Numbered from the stretch's first letter, positions 9,625 to 18,344 are shown. The stretch is 64,000 nt of DNA from Nanoarchaeota archaeon SCGC AAA011-G17 (GCA_000402515.1 AQRL01000035.1:36006-100005); one strand, 5' to 3'. The notes: generated by a model not told the origin, from the letters alone. A program made the numbers and translations.

Positions 9625-9867
9625 TTACAATAATTGTACGTTTTTTGCTTGTTTTCCTCTATCGGTTTCAGTAGCTTCAAAGGATACTTTGTCATTTTCT
9701 TTCAAAAATGCACCTTGCGGCAAGGCTGAGTGATGTACAAAATAATCCTGCCCATCTTCTCCCTGGATAAACCCAAATCCTTTTCTTGAATTAAACCATT
9801 TTACAGTACCTTCCATTCTTGTACCGTCTGTAGTACCTTCTGTACCTTCCTCTTGTTCGTCTGTCAT
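9625..9867 (-). CDS. csp: Cold-shock protein (CspA family, S1-like OB fold)
   Basis: 'GTVKWFNSRKGFGFIQGEDGQDYFVHHSAL' RNP1/RNP2 motifs. Locally GC-richer than its surroundings. Confidence 0.85.
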   Translation of the reverse strand: MTDEQEEGTEGTTDGTRMEGTVKWFNSRKGFGFIQGEDGQDYFVHHSALPQGAFLKENDKVSFEATETDRGKQAKNVQLL

Positions 9868-9946
9868 TTACTTTTCCTCCAATCCTTTAGGATATAATTT
9901 TTGAGAATTTTGTTCTTTTTATAGTTTTGGATTTGAAAATAGATGC

Positions 9947-10513
9947 TTAGAGTGTGTCTAACGGATTCTTTATTCCCTTTAATTGTTTTAATCTATTATC
10001 CTTGAATTTTAAAAAGAGGTCCCAATTCGGTCCTTTTTTGAAGATAAACCATTGTATTTTCTTATTAAAAACGGGTGTTTCCCATGTATTTTCTCCCCTA
10101 GTTATTACCCATACTTCATCGGCTTTTGGTAAATAGTCCAATATTTTATCAATCCTGCATGAACAACATTCTACTACTATAATTCTATCTTCTTTTTCTG
10201 CAAAAATATCCGGTCTAGAACCCAAAAACATTCTCTCAAAATAAATCTCATTATCATTAAATCCTTGCTGGTGTAGAAGAGTTTTAGCTACATATTTCTC
10301 ATCTTTTTGTATTCCTTTGACAAGTAAAAGATCTTCTTTTTCTGGTTTGTTTATGCTTAAAATTTCCCTTTCCTCCAAATCAACCGTTTTATTAAAAATA
10401 AATGATGAGAGAATCATCTCGTCTTTAGGGTTATTATATCTAGAATCGCCTTGATTTAAGATATCATAGACTATCTCCATTGCTTCTTCTTGGGTTTTTG
10501 GGTCTATTCTCAT
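9947..10513 (-). CDS. hypothetical protein, possible PD-(D/E)xK nuclease fold
   Basis: 'GSRPDIFAEKEDRIIVVECCSCRIDK' resembles the D...E.K restriction-endonuclease-like/Hjc core. Weak. Confidence 0.3.
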   Translation of the reverse strand: MRIDPKTQEEAMEIVYDILNQGDSRYNNPKDEMILSSFIFNKTVDLEEREILSINKPEKEDLLLVKGIQKDEKYVAKTLLHQQGFNDNEIYFERMFLGSRPDIFAEKEDRIIVVECCSCRIDKILDYLPKADEVWVITRGENTWETPVFNKKIQWFIFKKGPNWDLFLKFKDNRLKQLKGIKNPLDTL

Positions 10514-11277
10514 TTAAATCCTGCGTTTATTAGCTTATTTTTTGCTTGATCAAATAACTGTTTGTCTATTATTGGTTCATGCTGACCTTCTGACTCCTGT
10601 TTTGCAAATTTGACCTTTCCTAAATAAGTAGTATTTTTGAGTAGTTTTTTTATGCCTGCGGTGGTCATACCATATTTTTTTGCTAGTTTTGTTAGAGATA
10701 TCTCTGAGTTTATAAATTCCTGGAAGATTTGTTTAACTTCTTCTGCTTGTTCTGTATGTGGAACTAGCTTTTTATTTACCATTTTATATCCCTTTGGTGC
10801 TTTTGTAATGAATCCCCCATCTTTTGCTTTTTTTTGCATGCCAAAAGTGGTTCTGTCCCCTATAATATTCCTTTCAAACTCTGCAAAAGCTCCGATTATC
10901 TGGAACATTAACTTTCCGCTTGCACTGGCTGTTTCAATTTTATCTTGCATGGAAATAAAATCAATCCTCCATTCTTTTAGTCTGTCAATAGTTAAAATCA
11001 AATCTTTAAGGCTTCTTGAGAATCTGTCCAGCTTGTAGATAAAAATTGCCTGAAACTTCCTTTCTTCAGCATCCCTAAGTAAATTTATCATCTCTGGGCG
11101 GTTCAGGTCTTTTGCGGATTTTCCCTCATCCCTATAAATTTTGAAAATTTCATAACCCAAGGCTTTTGCATAATTCTGCAGGGAATCTTCCTGGGCATCT
11201 AAAGAAAACCCGTGCTGGGCCTGGTCTTGAGTTGAGACTCTGATGTAAATTGCTGCTAAAGGCTTATTTTGGGTCAT
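10510..11277 (-). CDS. Serine recombinase (resolvase/invertase family)
   Basis: 'AAIYIRVSTQDQ...GFSLDAQ' catalytic Ser motif, 'YKLDRFSRS', C-terminal HTH. The start is probably the internal Met 'MTQNKP'. Confidence 0.8.
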   Translation of the reverse strand: MTQNKPLAAIYIRVSTQDQAQHGFSLDAQEDSLQNYAKALGYEIFKIYRDEGKSAKDLNRPEMINLLRDAEERKFQAIFIYKLDRFSRSLKDLILTIDRLKEWRIDFISMQDKIETASASGKLMFQIIGAFAEFERNIIGDRTTFGMQKKAKDGGFITKAPKGYKMVNKKLVPHTEQAEEVKQIFQEFINSEISLTKLAKKYGMTTAGIKKLLKNTTYLGKVKFAKQESEGQHEPIIDKQLFDQAKNKLINAGFK

Positions 11278-11287
11278 TTTTACTCTT

Positions 11288-11764
11288 TTAATATTTCTTT
11301 GGATATTCTTTAAAATCACTTATAATTTTAGGCATTCCAATCTCATCCACTTGTTTATGAATTTGCATCCAAGAGACCATATCTTTTAATCGTTTTTCTT
11401 TATCCTTGTGCCCGGGAATTTCATTTCTAAATTCTTTTAAGAGGAGGTTATAATTTGGAATTTTAGATAGATTAATTTCTTCTAATTTACATATGTCATA
11501 AAAACTATTTATTTCTAAGATAATATACTGGTTTAATACATCAGAAGGATTAAATCCTGCTTTTATTGAAATCTGATGGGCTTCTAACTTTAGTTCCTTT
11601 TTATGTTCATCTATCAATTCTTTGAAGTCTAATAAACTTAAAATAGTAGCATAAATGTATTTTAAACGAAATTTTGGATCTAGTTCTCCTTTTTTAGATT
11701 CAAGATAGTCCAAAACTTTTTTTGAAGATCCAGATTTTAATATTTCTCTAAATTCTTTATCCAT
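11288..11764 (-). CDS. hypothetical protein
   Basis: 158-aa ORF with coding-like composition. Confidence 0.3.
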   Translation of the reverse strand: MDKEFREILKSGSSKKVLDYLESKKGELDPKFRLKYIYATILSLLDFKELIDEHKKELKLEAHQISIKAGFNPSDVLNQYIILEINSFYDICKLEEINLSKIPNYNLLLKEFRNEIPGHKDKEKRLKDMVSWMQIHKQVDEIGMPKIISDFKEYPKKY

Positions 11765-11933
11765 TTCTCCTCTTTTTTGTGAACTTATGGACTATAATGG
11801 CTCGTCCACAGCAACTTAGGGTGCCCTAAGTATATAAATATTATGGTAAATTTGGGGGTTTAGAAGGCTTAAAATGCTTGTTGGTATTTTTGAATAACTT
11901 TTCGATGATTTTTTATGTTTTTGTATACTTGCT

Positions 11934-12269
11934 TTGATAATGAAAGAAAAAGTGTTTAGGTGCAAACAATGCGGTAAATGCTGCTTGACAACAGAATATG
12001 CTGATATTTCAAAGGAAGATATTGAATTGTGGAAAAAGATTGGCAGGTATGACTTATTTACTCCAGATATGTTGGTGGAATGGGATTATTTTGGTTCATC
12101 TGGATGGTTTAGAAACCAATTGTCTACTAGATGTCCTTTTTTAAGAAAAAAGAAGAATGAAGATACCTATTATTGTAAAATCCATAAAATTAAACCACTA
12201 TTTTGTAGGTCGTTTCCAAAGGACAAAGAACATGCTAAGAACTTTTGTGGTTGTGTTGGTTATCTGTGA
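11934..12269 (+). CDS. YkgJ/UPF0153-family Zn/Fe-S cluster protein (CxxCxxCC)
   Basis: 'CKQCGKCC' and downstream Cys residues. Confidence 0.5.
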   Translation: MIMKEKVFRCKQCGKCCLTTEYADISKEDIELWKKIGRYDLFTPDMLVEWDYFGSSGWFRNQLSTRCPFLRKKKNEDTYYCKIHKIKPLFCRSFPKDKEHAKNFCGCVGYL

Positions 12270-12566
12270 TTAAATTATTATCAAAAGATTTTATTGTTTG
12301 GGATGTGGTTTCTTGCTATACAAACGTTCTATAATCCACATATATATATTATGATTTTATCTGTTTCTTATTCTTCTAGTATGCCCTCTGACCCTTATTT
12401 CTCTATATCTTGGTCTTCTTGTTAAAAACCATAATATAAAAATTATGGCCAGGACCACCAACAAAAATGTTCCAAATCCCATAATAACACCTCTTACGGC
12501 ATATAGATATTTTGATATTTAAACTTTTCTAGAATATTTGTTGTTCAAATAAATGATTTTGTGTTT

Positions 12567-13334
12567 TTAAGATACTGGAATCAAACAAAGAACATCTACT
12601 ATTGGTCCTAATGTTCCACTACTACTTATAAATATAGTAGCTATACAAGCAACATTCCATAAATCTCCTATTTCGCTCTTTGGTTCAGCATATTTAACAC
12701 TACACTCAGTTCCTACTCTTTCTGCTTTTTCACATAAATCCAAAAAACCCTTTTCTTGTTCTACTCTTGAAGCTCCTTCACTTGTTTTAGCATCTATTAT
12801 TTCAATTTTTTTAGGATAAGATTGATGAATCGTGTTATCCCCCTTAACTATCAAAATATCCGGTTCTTTTAAGAAATAGGGGTCTATTTTTTTGTTTAAA
12901 TAATACTGGGTATTTTTTCCACCAATAAGAGTAAAATCTTCTATTTCAACATATCTATCACCAAAGTTTCCAGCTCTTGTTAATTCATCAATTGAGCTAA
13001 AAGAACGTTGTGCTTTCTGTGCATAATATTTCTGAACTGCTTTTTCCCAATCTGCTCCTTTCAGTCCATTATATTTTATTTTTTCTGTTGATGTTTTAAT
13101 TTCTTTCTTAGCCAAATCATCGGCTTCTTTAAAGGTTTTAGTTTCTTGTCTTGATATTTTTTGTGTATCATCAATGTTCTTTTTGACTACATTTCCAGTA
13201 ATCTTAGCCTCTTTAGATGATTTTACTCCCCCCTTGAATATATCACTTAACCAACCCCAACCAGCATTAACTGGTAGGGATATTACTAAAAATAACAAAA
13301 AACCCAAAAGAATAAATCTAATCCCCTTATTCAT
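12567..13334 (-). CDS. Secreted protein with N-terminal signal peptide and Cys-containing C-terminus
   Basis: 'MNKGIRFILLGFLLFLVISLPVNA' signal peptide. Confidence 0.4.
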   Translation of the reverse strand: MNKGIRFILLGFLLFLVISLPVNAGWGWLSDIFKGGVKSSKEAKITGNVVKKNIDDTQKISRQETKTFKEADDLAKKEIKTSTEKIKYNGLKGADWEKAVQKYYAQKAQRSFSSIDELTRAGNFGDRYVEIEDFTLIGGKNTQYYLNKKIDPYFLKEPDILIVKGDNTIHQSYPKKIEIIDAKTSEGASRVEQEKGFLDLCEKAERVGTECSVKYAEPKSEIGDLWNVACIATIFISSSGTLGPIVDVLCLIPVS

Positions 13335-13383
13335 AAATATTTAATATTTTTATTATTTTTAAGGGTTTTGGTGTTTAGAAATA

Positions 13384-14196
13384 TTATCCCCCATTGGTTC
13401 TAAAAAATCCTATAATTCTTTTAGCAAGTTCCACCATCCTTATTTCCTTCTTTTCTGGGTCGTCTGATGTATAAAATGAAACTTTTCCATTAATACTAAT
13501 CTTAAAACTAATGCCTCCCTGTTCTTTTCCTTTTACATAAAGAGGCTTTGAAATCGGGAGGAAACCCCTATCAATTAATCTTGTTTTTTTTAAATTTTTA
13601 TCTTTTTTATGTTCAGTACTAAATCCTGCAGTCTCCCCATACTTTCCATAATCCTCTATTATTTGTTTCATATATTTTGAGGGAAAATGGGGGTTGGGTT
13701 TTATTTTTCCAGGGTCTGTTATTTTTAATATAGAGACTGATTCTGCTTTGGTATAGAATTCCTTTAATAACTTATAATCAAATTCCTTAATCTCTTCTAT
13801 TTTTATTTTACCTGGAAATTTAGAAGATCCCAATGCATCTATTATCCTATTTTTTATTTCCATAAAACTACCTCTTCCAAATCCAAATCCCTCATAAGCA
13901 ATATATCCATCAGAAAAGATAATAACCATCTTTGATTCTGAATCTGTGTAGTTATCTTGTTGAAATCCACTATTTTCCTGATTAAGAAATTGACTTCTAG
14001 AGGGTAAATCTTTATAATAATTAAATGTTAAAAAGTCATTATCTTGTTTAAAATTAAGAAACCCCTTCCTGTTCCTCTTATAAGACCCCCTCATACCAAA
14101 GCTTTTTAAATCAGAGTAAAGAATTTTTATTAAATCTTCCTTTTTTGGAGGGGAACTTATGACCAATCTAGCAAAGCTAAGAGTCACGGATGCCAT
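13384..14196 (-). CDS. hypothetical protein
   Basis: 270-aa ORF. Confidence 0.3.
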   Translation of the reverse strand: MASVTLSFARLVISSPPKKEDLIKILYSDLKSFGMRGSYKRNRKGFLNFKQDNDFLTFNYYKDLPSRSQFLNQENSGFQQDNYTDSESKMVIIFSDGYIAYEGFGFGRGSFMEIKNRIIDALGSSKFPGKIKIEEIKEFDYKLLKEFYTKAESVSILKITDPGKIKPNPHFPSKYMKQIIEDYGKYGETAGFSTEHKKDKNLKKTRLIDRGFLPISKPLYVKGKEQGGISFKISINGKVSFYTSDDPEKKEIRMVELAKRIIGFFRTNGG

Positions 14197-14229
14197 AAAA
14201 TTAATATATCAACAAAGTATATAATCTTT

Positions 14230-14682
14230 ATGGTAAAAAAGAATCTTTTTTTGGAGAATATTGATTTATTTTTTTCAGGGCTCCTATTGATCTTTTTGAT
14301 ATTCTCAAATTACAGGGGGTGGGTTACTATTTTTTTTATCCCAGAACACATTTTTTTTCAAGGATACTTAATAGTATTTGGAGTTGTTCTTGCTGTATTA
14401 ACTATTTTTTTATCTTTGGATGAGAAACTATTTTATGTTTTAGACAAAAGAAATTTTAGAAAATTAACATTCAATATGTTTAAATTTCCCTTAATTGCTT
14501 CTGTTTTGGGATTCCTTCTAACCTTACTAAATCAGGGGGAGAAAAGTATCTGGTTTTTTTTCATAAATGTATCTATCCTTTTATATGTTATTTTATCTTG
14601 TTTTGAATTGTTTAAATTTATTTTTAACATCACTTATGGGATAAAAATAAAAAAAGCGGAAAAAGAATTAGAAAAAAATTAA
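14230..14682 (+). CDS. integral membrane protein (4 predicted TM helices)
   Basis: Hydrophobic helices throughout. Confidence 0.35.
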   Translation: MVKKNLFLENIDLFFSGLLLIFLIFSNYRGWVTIFFIPEHIFFQGYLIVFGVVLAVLTIFLSLDEKLFYVLDKRNFRKLTFNMFKFPLIASVLGFLLTLLNQGEKSIWFFFINVSILLYVILSCFELFKFIFNITYGIKIKKAEKELEKN

Positions 14683-14760
14683 AAAATCCTGAATAGTGGA
14701 ACTTTAGATAAGCTTAAAAGTTTTAAGATTTTATTAAAATTAAGGTGATGGGAGATAAAA

Positions 14761-15099
14761 ATGACTGAAAGAGGAAATAGAAAATATATCAAAAATAAAG
14801 TTTATGAAGATGGGAGATTACCTTCTATCTTGAATGATATAGAATTAGGAGACCTTGTTGAAATTGTTAGTGATGATGATAACAAAGAAGTTCAATTCCC
14901 CCCACTTAAAATGAGTGGATATGTCATAACCTTAGGTTCTATGCAAAGAGAAGAAAATGGTCCGCATTACTTGTGTATTGCACTGAGTGTATTTCACCCT
15001 TCAATGATAGAAGAGATAGGCAGGACACAAAAAGAATGGATGCCAAAGAATCCCCCTATTCCTGCAAAAGATATAGACAAGTATAGAGTTTTATCTTAA
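14761..15099 (+). CDS. hypothetical protein
   Basis: 112-aa ORF. Confidence 0.3.
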   Translation: MTERGNRKYIKNKVYEDGRLPSILNDIELGDLVEIVSDDDNKEVQFPPLKMSGYVITLGSMQREENGPHYLCIALSVFHPSMIEEIGRTQKEWMPKNPPIPAKDIDKYRVLS

Positions 15100-15147
15100 T
15101 TTTTTCTTTCTTTTTTCTCTGTCTAAAACTTTTAAGCAATGTTTAAA

Positions 15148-15675
15148 TTATTTATTTATTTTTTTATAGCCAACATAGATTAGAAGTATTAATGCAACCC
15201 CTGAAATTATGAATCTCAAGTAATCATCCATTGCTGACCAATATCTTATTACACCAACTAATATTGATAGTATCCCCCCAAATAAGAAGCCGTTAGCAAC
15301 TGCATCTACTGATATTACTGTAAGGCCTAAAATCAATGTTATAATGCCCAGGATAGTCAAAATTACAAAAACATTCCGGTCATATACCTCTTTTACTGCA
15401 GTGTATTCCTTATTGCATTTGTAGGTTACATCACAATAACCCATTATTACTGCACCGGTTGCTGTTGCTGTTTTTGGAACTTCTGGCCCTGAATAATGCC
15501 ATAAACCACCTGCATCTGTGCATTCTTTTTCTGTTTGAATATTTTTAGAATAAAGTGTTTCCGGACAGAATTGAGTATATTCTGGTGATTTGTAGAAGGT
15601 AAAAATCCCATAATTAAAAAAAACATTTAATAAAATTACAATCCCTATTGCCAAAGCTATTTGTTTGAATTTCAT
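15148..15675 (-). CDS. membrane protein with signal anchor and Cys-rich ectodomain
   Basis: N-terminal TM, 'CPETLYSKNIQTEKECTDAGG...CDVTYKCNKEY', C-terminal TM helices. Confidence 0.35.
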   Translation of the reverse strand: MKFKQIALAIGIVILLNVFFNYGIFTFYKSPEYTQFCPETLYSKNIQTEKECTDAGGLWHYSGPEVPKTATATGAVIMGYCDVTYKCNKEYTAVKEVYDRNVFVILTILGIITLILGLTVISVDAVANGFLFGGILSILVGVIRYWSAMDDYLRFIISGVALILLIYVGYKKINK

Positions 15676-15684
15676 TTTTTCCTC

Positions 15685-16272
15685 TTATTTTATTGATAAT
15701 AATCTTTTTTCTTTTTCTGTTAATCTTTTGGCTAACTTATGACCCTTATCTGTTAAATTTAAAATAATTTCCCTTCCTTTTCTACTCTTTTTTAATAGCC
15801 CCCATGTCGATAAAATATCTGTATAGTTTGAAACTAAAGATTTAATGTTTATATATTTTGTCCTTGGATAGAGTGTTTCTGCTAGCGCCCTCATTGGGAT
15901 CCATTCCCCACTTGATTCATTAAGAAGATTTACCATTCTCATCAAAAAAACCCCCTGTTGGTCAGTTATTAGGGTTTCAATATCTATTTCTTCATTTTTT
16001 AAAATCTCTTTTCTGGGTTCTTTGTAAGCTTCTTCTCTTTCATCTTCTTTTACTAAATAGCTTTCAAGCTTAGCTAATTTCATTTCTATATCTAATAATC
16101 TTCTATCAAAATTTTTAGAATTGTTTGTGTGGTGAGTATGGACCATATTTATCCGTTCATTTAATTTGCCCATATCACTTTTTATATTAATAAAGGAGTT
16201 CTGGACGGAATTATGAATATGATCTATTTTTTTATGTACGTCCTCTTTTTTTTTGAATAACCACCAAACCAT
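15685..16272 (-). CDS. Coiled-coil + C-terminal winged-helix DNA-binding protein (paralog of 16872..17486)
   Basis: Shares N-terminal 'V.NSFI..K' and coiled-coil with the downstream paralog. C-terminal wHTH 'IPMRALAETLYPRT...LTDKGHKLAKRL'. Confidence 0.45.
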   Translation of the reverse strand: MVWWLFKKKEDVHKKIDHIHNSVQNSFINIKSDMGKLNERINMVHTHHTNNSKNFDRRLLDIEMKLAKLESYLVKEDEREEAYKEPRKEILKNEEIDIETLITDQQGVFLMRMVNLLNESSGEWIPMRALAETLYPRTKYINIKSLVSNYTDILSTWGLLKKSRKGREIILNLTDKGHKLAKRLTEKEKRLLSIK

Positions 16273-16319
16273 TATATATATTAAAAAGTTTTTGTTTAAA
16301 TAGTTTTGGGTGTTCTCTT

Positions 16320-16660
16320 ATGAACTATATGAACGGTTCAGCAACGGTTCAGTGAATCCTGTGAACGTTCAGTGAACGTTCAGTGAACAGTAATTATAAT
16401 AAATTACATGTAAGTACTTACGTAAGTTACGTAAGATGTGTAAGTTACGGTTTATTTTTATATTTCACCGACGGTTTAAGTTGAAGTGTAAGTTACGTAA
16501 GTTACAGATCATGAAAGTGTAAGTGAACATTTGGTGACGTCATAGGAGTATTTTAGTGACGTCAGCGACGCTTTATTTTTAGTGAATATGAAGGAGAAAA
16601 ACGATAATTTATAGGCATCTGTGATGGTTAATCAGCGACGAGGAATAGATTAGTTCGCAC
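16320..16660. repeat. Iteron/palindrome-rich non-coding region (origin-like)
   Basis: Tandem 'AACGGTTCAG' x2. 'GTGAACGTTCA' x3 with a perfect palindrome TGAACGTTCA. 'GTAAGTTACG' family x5. Palindromic 'GTGACGTCA' x2. 'CAGCGACG' x2. Confidence 0.6.
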
Positions 16661-16764
16661 AATAGGGGTGTTTTGAGGAGATATATTAGGTTAATGTGAC
16701 TATATAGAGGAGAGAAAGAGTGAATAAATACGCAAAAAACAAGGGAATTAAGAGGGTTCTATTC

Positions 16765-16812
16765 ATGAATAGGATGTGCACAGACCAAATTAGATGTGTT
16801 TAGGATGTGCAT
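16765..16812. repeat. 46-bp direct repeat, copy 1 (TGAATAGGATGTGCACAGAC...GTGTTTAGGATGTGC)
   Basis: Near-identical to copy 2 at 17497..17541. The pair brackets the wHTH gene 16872..17486. Confidence 0.6.
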
Positions 16813-16871
16813 AAGTGAATAAGTGCATAGAATACAGGTTAAAATTACGTATAAAAATAGAGAAATGATAG

Positions 16872-17486
16872 CTAAAATAGTCTTTTCTGTCCTGGATCGG
16901 ACCCATAGTAAGCGGTGATTATTCTTTCCTTGTAGTTGAGGTTCCTAAAATCATCGAGTATCGAGAGAAAAACAGTCTTATTGTTGTGTTTTTTCTTAAT
17001 TATGGGAGCACCCTTTTGTATCAGAGAGCTTATGTAGGTTCTGATGCATCCTTCGGATAATCCCATCTTTTTTGAGACATCGATATAGGTTACATTGCTT
17101 TTCTGATCCTCCTCTAGCTGGTAGATTGTCAAAAAAGCCAGTAATTCCTGTTTTGTAAGGGTTTTAAGCAGGCTTTCAATGTTCTCAACTACTGTCTTTA
17201 ATCCTGATTTGTCATGTGAATAACTGTTGAATGAATGAATGAATGAATGAATAGACCCTATTTTTTCCTCTGGAACTATTGTGTTTTCTTCACTATTTGG
17301 CTTTGATTTTGTTATTTCCCCCCTTAAATCCTCTATTTTCTTTAGGAGGGTGTCTATTTGTTTGTTTTGCAGAGAAATAAGGTGTCTATTGTCTTCTATT
17401 TCTTTTTCAAGCTTGTCTGCGTGCTTTTTAGCCTCAATAAAGGAGTTTTTTACATTTTCTTTGAAAAAGGGGTCAATTTCTACCAT
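16872..17486 (-). CDS. Coiled-coil + winged-helix DNA-binding protein (iteron-binding/Rep-like candidate) containing a coding tetranucleotide SSR
   Basis: N-terminal coiled-coil. C-terminal wHTH 'TYIDVSKKMGLSEGCIRTYISSLIQKG'. Paralog of 15685..16272. Contains (TGAA)6. Confidence 0.45.
   Translation of the reverse strand: MVEIDPFFKENVKNSFIEAKKHADKLEKEIEDNRHLISLQNKQIDTLLKKIEDLRGEITKSKPNSEENTIVPEEKIGSIHSFIHSFNSYSHDKSGLKTVVENIESLLKTLTKQELLAFLTIYQLEEDQKSNVTYIDVSKKMGLSEGCIRTYISSLIQKGAPIIKKKHNNKTVFLSILDDFRNLNYKERIITAYYGSDPGQKRLF
17228..17251. repeat. (TGAA)6 tetranucleotide microsatellite inside a coding sequence
   Basis: Six perfect TGAA units, encoding 'IHSFIHSF' on the minus strand. Confidence 0.8.
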
Positions 17487-17496
17487 TTTTATCTGA

Positions 17497-17541
17497 ATAG
17501 GATGTGCACAGACAAATTTATATGTGTTTAGGATGTGCTTA
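17497..17541. repeat. 46-bp direct repeat, copy 2
   Basis: Matches 16765..16812 with a few mismatches. Confidence 0.6.
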
Positions 17542-17675
17542 ATATATGTTTAAGTGAATAATTGAATGAATAAATTGAATTCTTCAGAATTTGGGCATTA
17601 GAAGGCTATAAAACCATAAATTTTATAAATAAGCTAACTTTGTTTTTAAAATATAAACTAGTCGAGGTGAATAAT

Positions 17676-17843
17676 ATGACAGAATTATTGGTTGTAAGAA
17701 GCAAAATAAAAGAGTGCACAGATTTAAATGTTGCTGGAAACTTTGCAGATGCCTTAAGTGAAAAAGTAAGAGTTATGATTATGGATGCTGAGAAGAGAGC
17801 AAGAGGAAACGGAAGAAAAACATTAAAACCAGAAGATTTGTAA
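17676..17843 (+). CDS. small histone-fold-like protein (DUF1931-like)
   Basis: 'ELLVVRSKIKE...NVAGNFADALSEKVRVMIMDAEKRARGNGRKTLKPEDL' resembles small histone-fold DUF1931 proteins. This is a tentative call. Confidence 0.3.
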   Translation: MTELLVVRSKIKECTDLNVAGNFADALSEKVRVMIMDAEKRARGNGRKTLKPEDL

Positions 17844-17862
17844 ATTTTTTCTATTTCTTTTT

Positions 17863-18300
17863 TTATCCAATATACCCTTTAGCCTTATCTACATGGGGAT
17901 TTAGTGTTGGCATTGGCAAGTGAGGAGGCAAATTAACATCCTGAGAAAGATTCAATGCCTTAATATTACATTTTATCAAGGCTGTATTGAGCAATTGCGC
18001 CTTTAATGTTAATTCTATTTTTTTATCCTTTTTCCATCCATTTGCTATCTCCTTTATTTTAGCAGGAGTATCCAGATATAATAAGTGACCTTGTAATATT
18101 GTTGAACCGACGTCGGGATCATAGAACACACTATATTCAAAGGAAAGTTTTAGAACGTCTTGTTTTTTATCCTGACTTAAAGAAATTTCGTCTATAGATA
18201 TATCCTTAACTTCGATATTATTTCTAACTTTAATTCCCTTTTCTATTTTTCCTGTTCTCTCAACAGAAAACTTATCAAAATTAAAACCTACAACTGGCAT
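17863..18300 (-). CDS. hypothetical protein
   Basis: 145-aa ORF. Confidence 0.3.
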   Translation of the reverse strand: MPVVGFNFDKFSVERTGKIEKGIKVRNNIEVKDISIDEISLSQDKKQDVLKLSFEYSVFYDPDVGSTILQGHLLYLDTPAKIKEIANGWKKDKKIELTLKAQLLNTALIKCNIKALNLSQDVNLPPHLPMPTLNPHVDKAKGYIG

Positions 18301-18344
18301 GAATATTAGGTCTTGGGATAGTTTTTAAAGATTTTGGTTCTGAA

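Larger units (their letters stand above)
7187..17600. mobile_element. Candidate integrated mobile element (plasmid/provirus-like)
   Basis: Contains a DUF559 endonuclease, Tyr and Ser recombinases, a GC-richer csp, secreted/membrane unknowns, and an iteron-rich origin-like region with paralogous wHTH genes. The ends are not defined. Confidence 0.4.

Noticed and set aside
12342-12463. 41-codon minus-strand ORF encoding 'MGFGTFLLVVLAIIFILWFLTRRPRYREIRVRGHTRRIRNR' (TM helix + basic tail).
   Set aside because: Plausible small membrane protein, but short, in an AT-rich spacer, and without corroboration. Not called.
16330-16350. tRNA T-arm-like 'GGTTCAGTGAATCC' and a general tRNA search in all intergenic spacers.
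   Set aside because: The motif is part of the iteron tandem, with no acceptor or anticodon-stem complementarity around it. I found no 70-90-nt GC-enriched cloverleaf candidate anywhere in the window. No tRNA is called.
16320-16660. Possible CRISPR array, given the dense short repeats.
   Set aside because: Repeat units are only 9-11 bp, come from several different families, and are mostly tandem without unique spacers. No cas genes nearby. They are better explained as iterons or operators.
17640-17675. Upstream extension 'MFLKYKLVEVNN' of the small histone-fold-like ORF.
   Set aside because: The conserved part begins at the internal Met (17676). The extension is likely non-coding leader.
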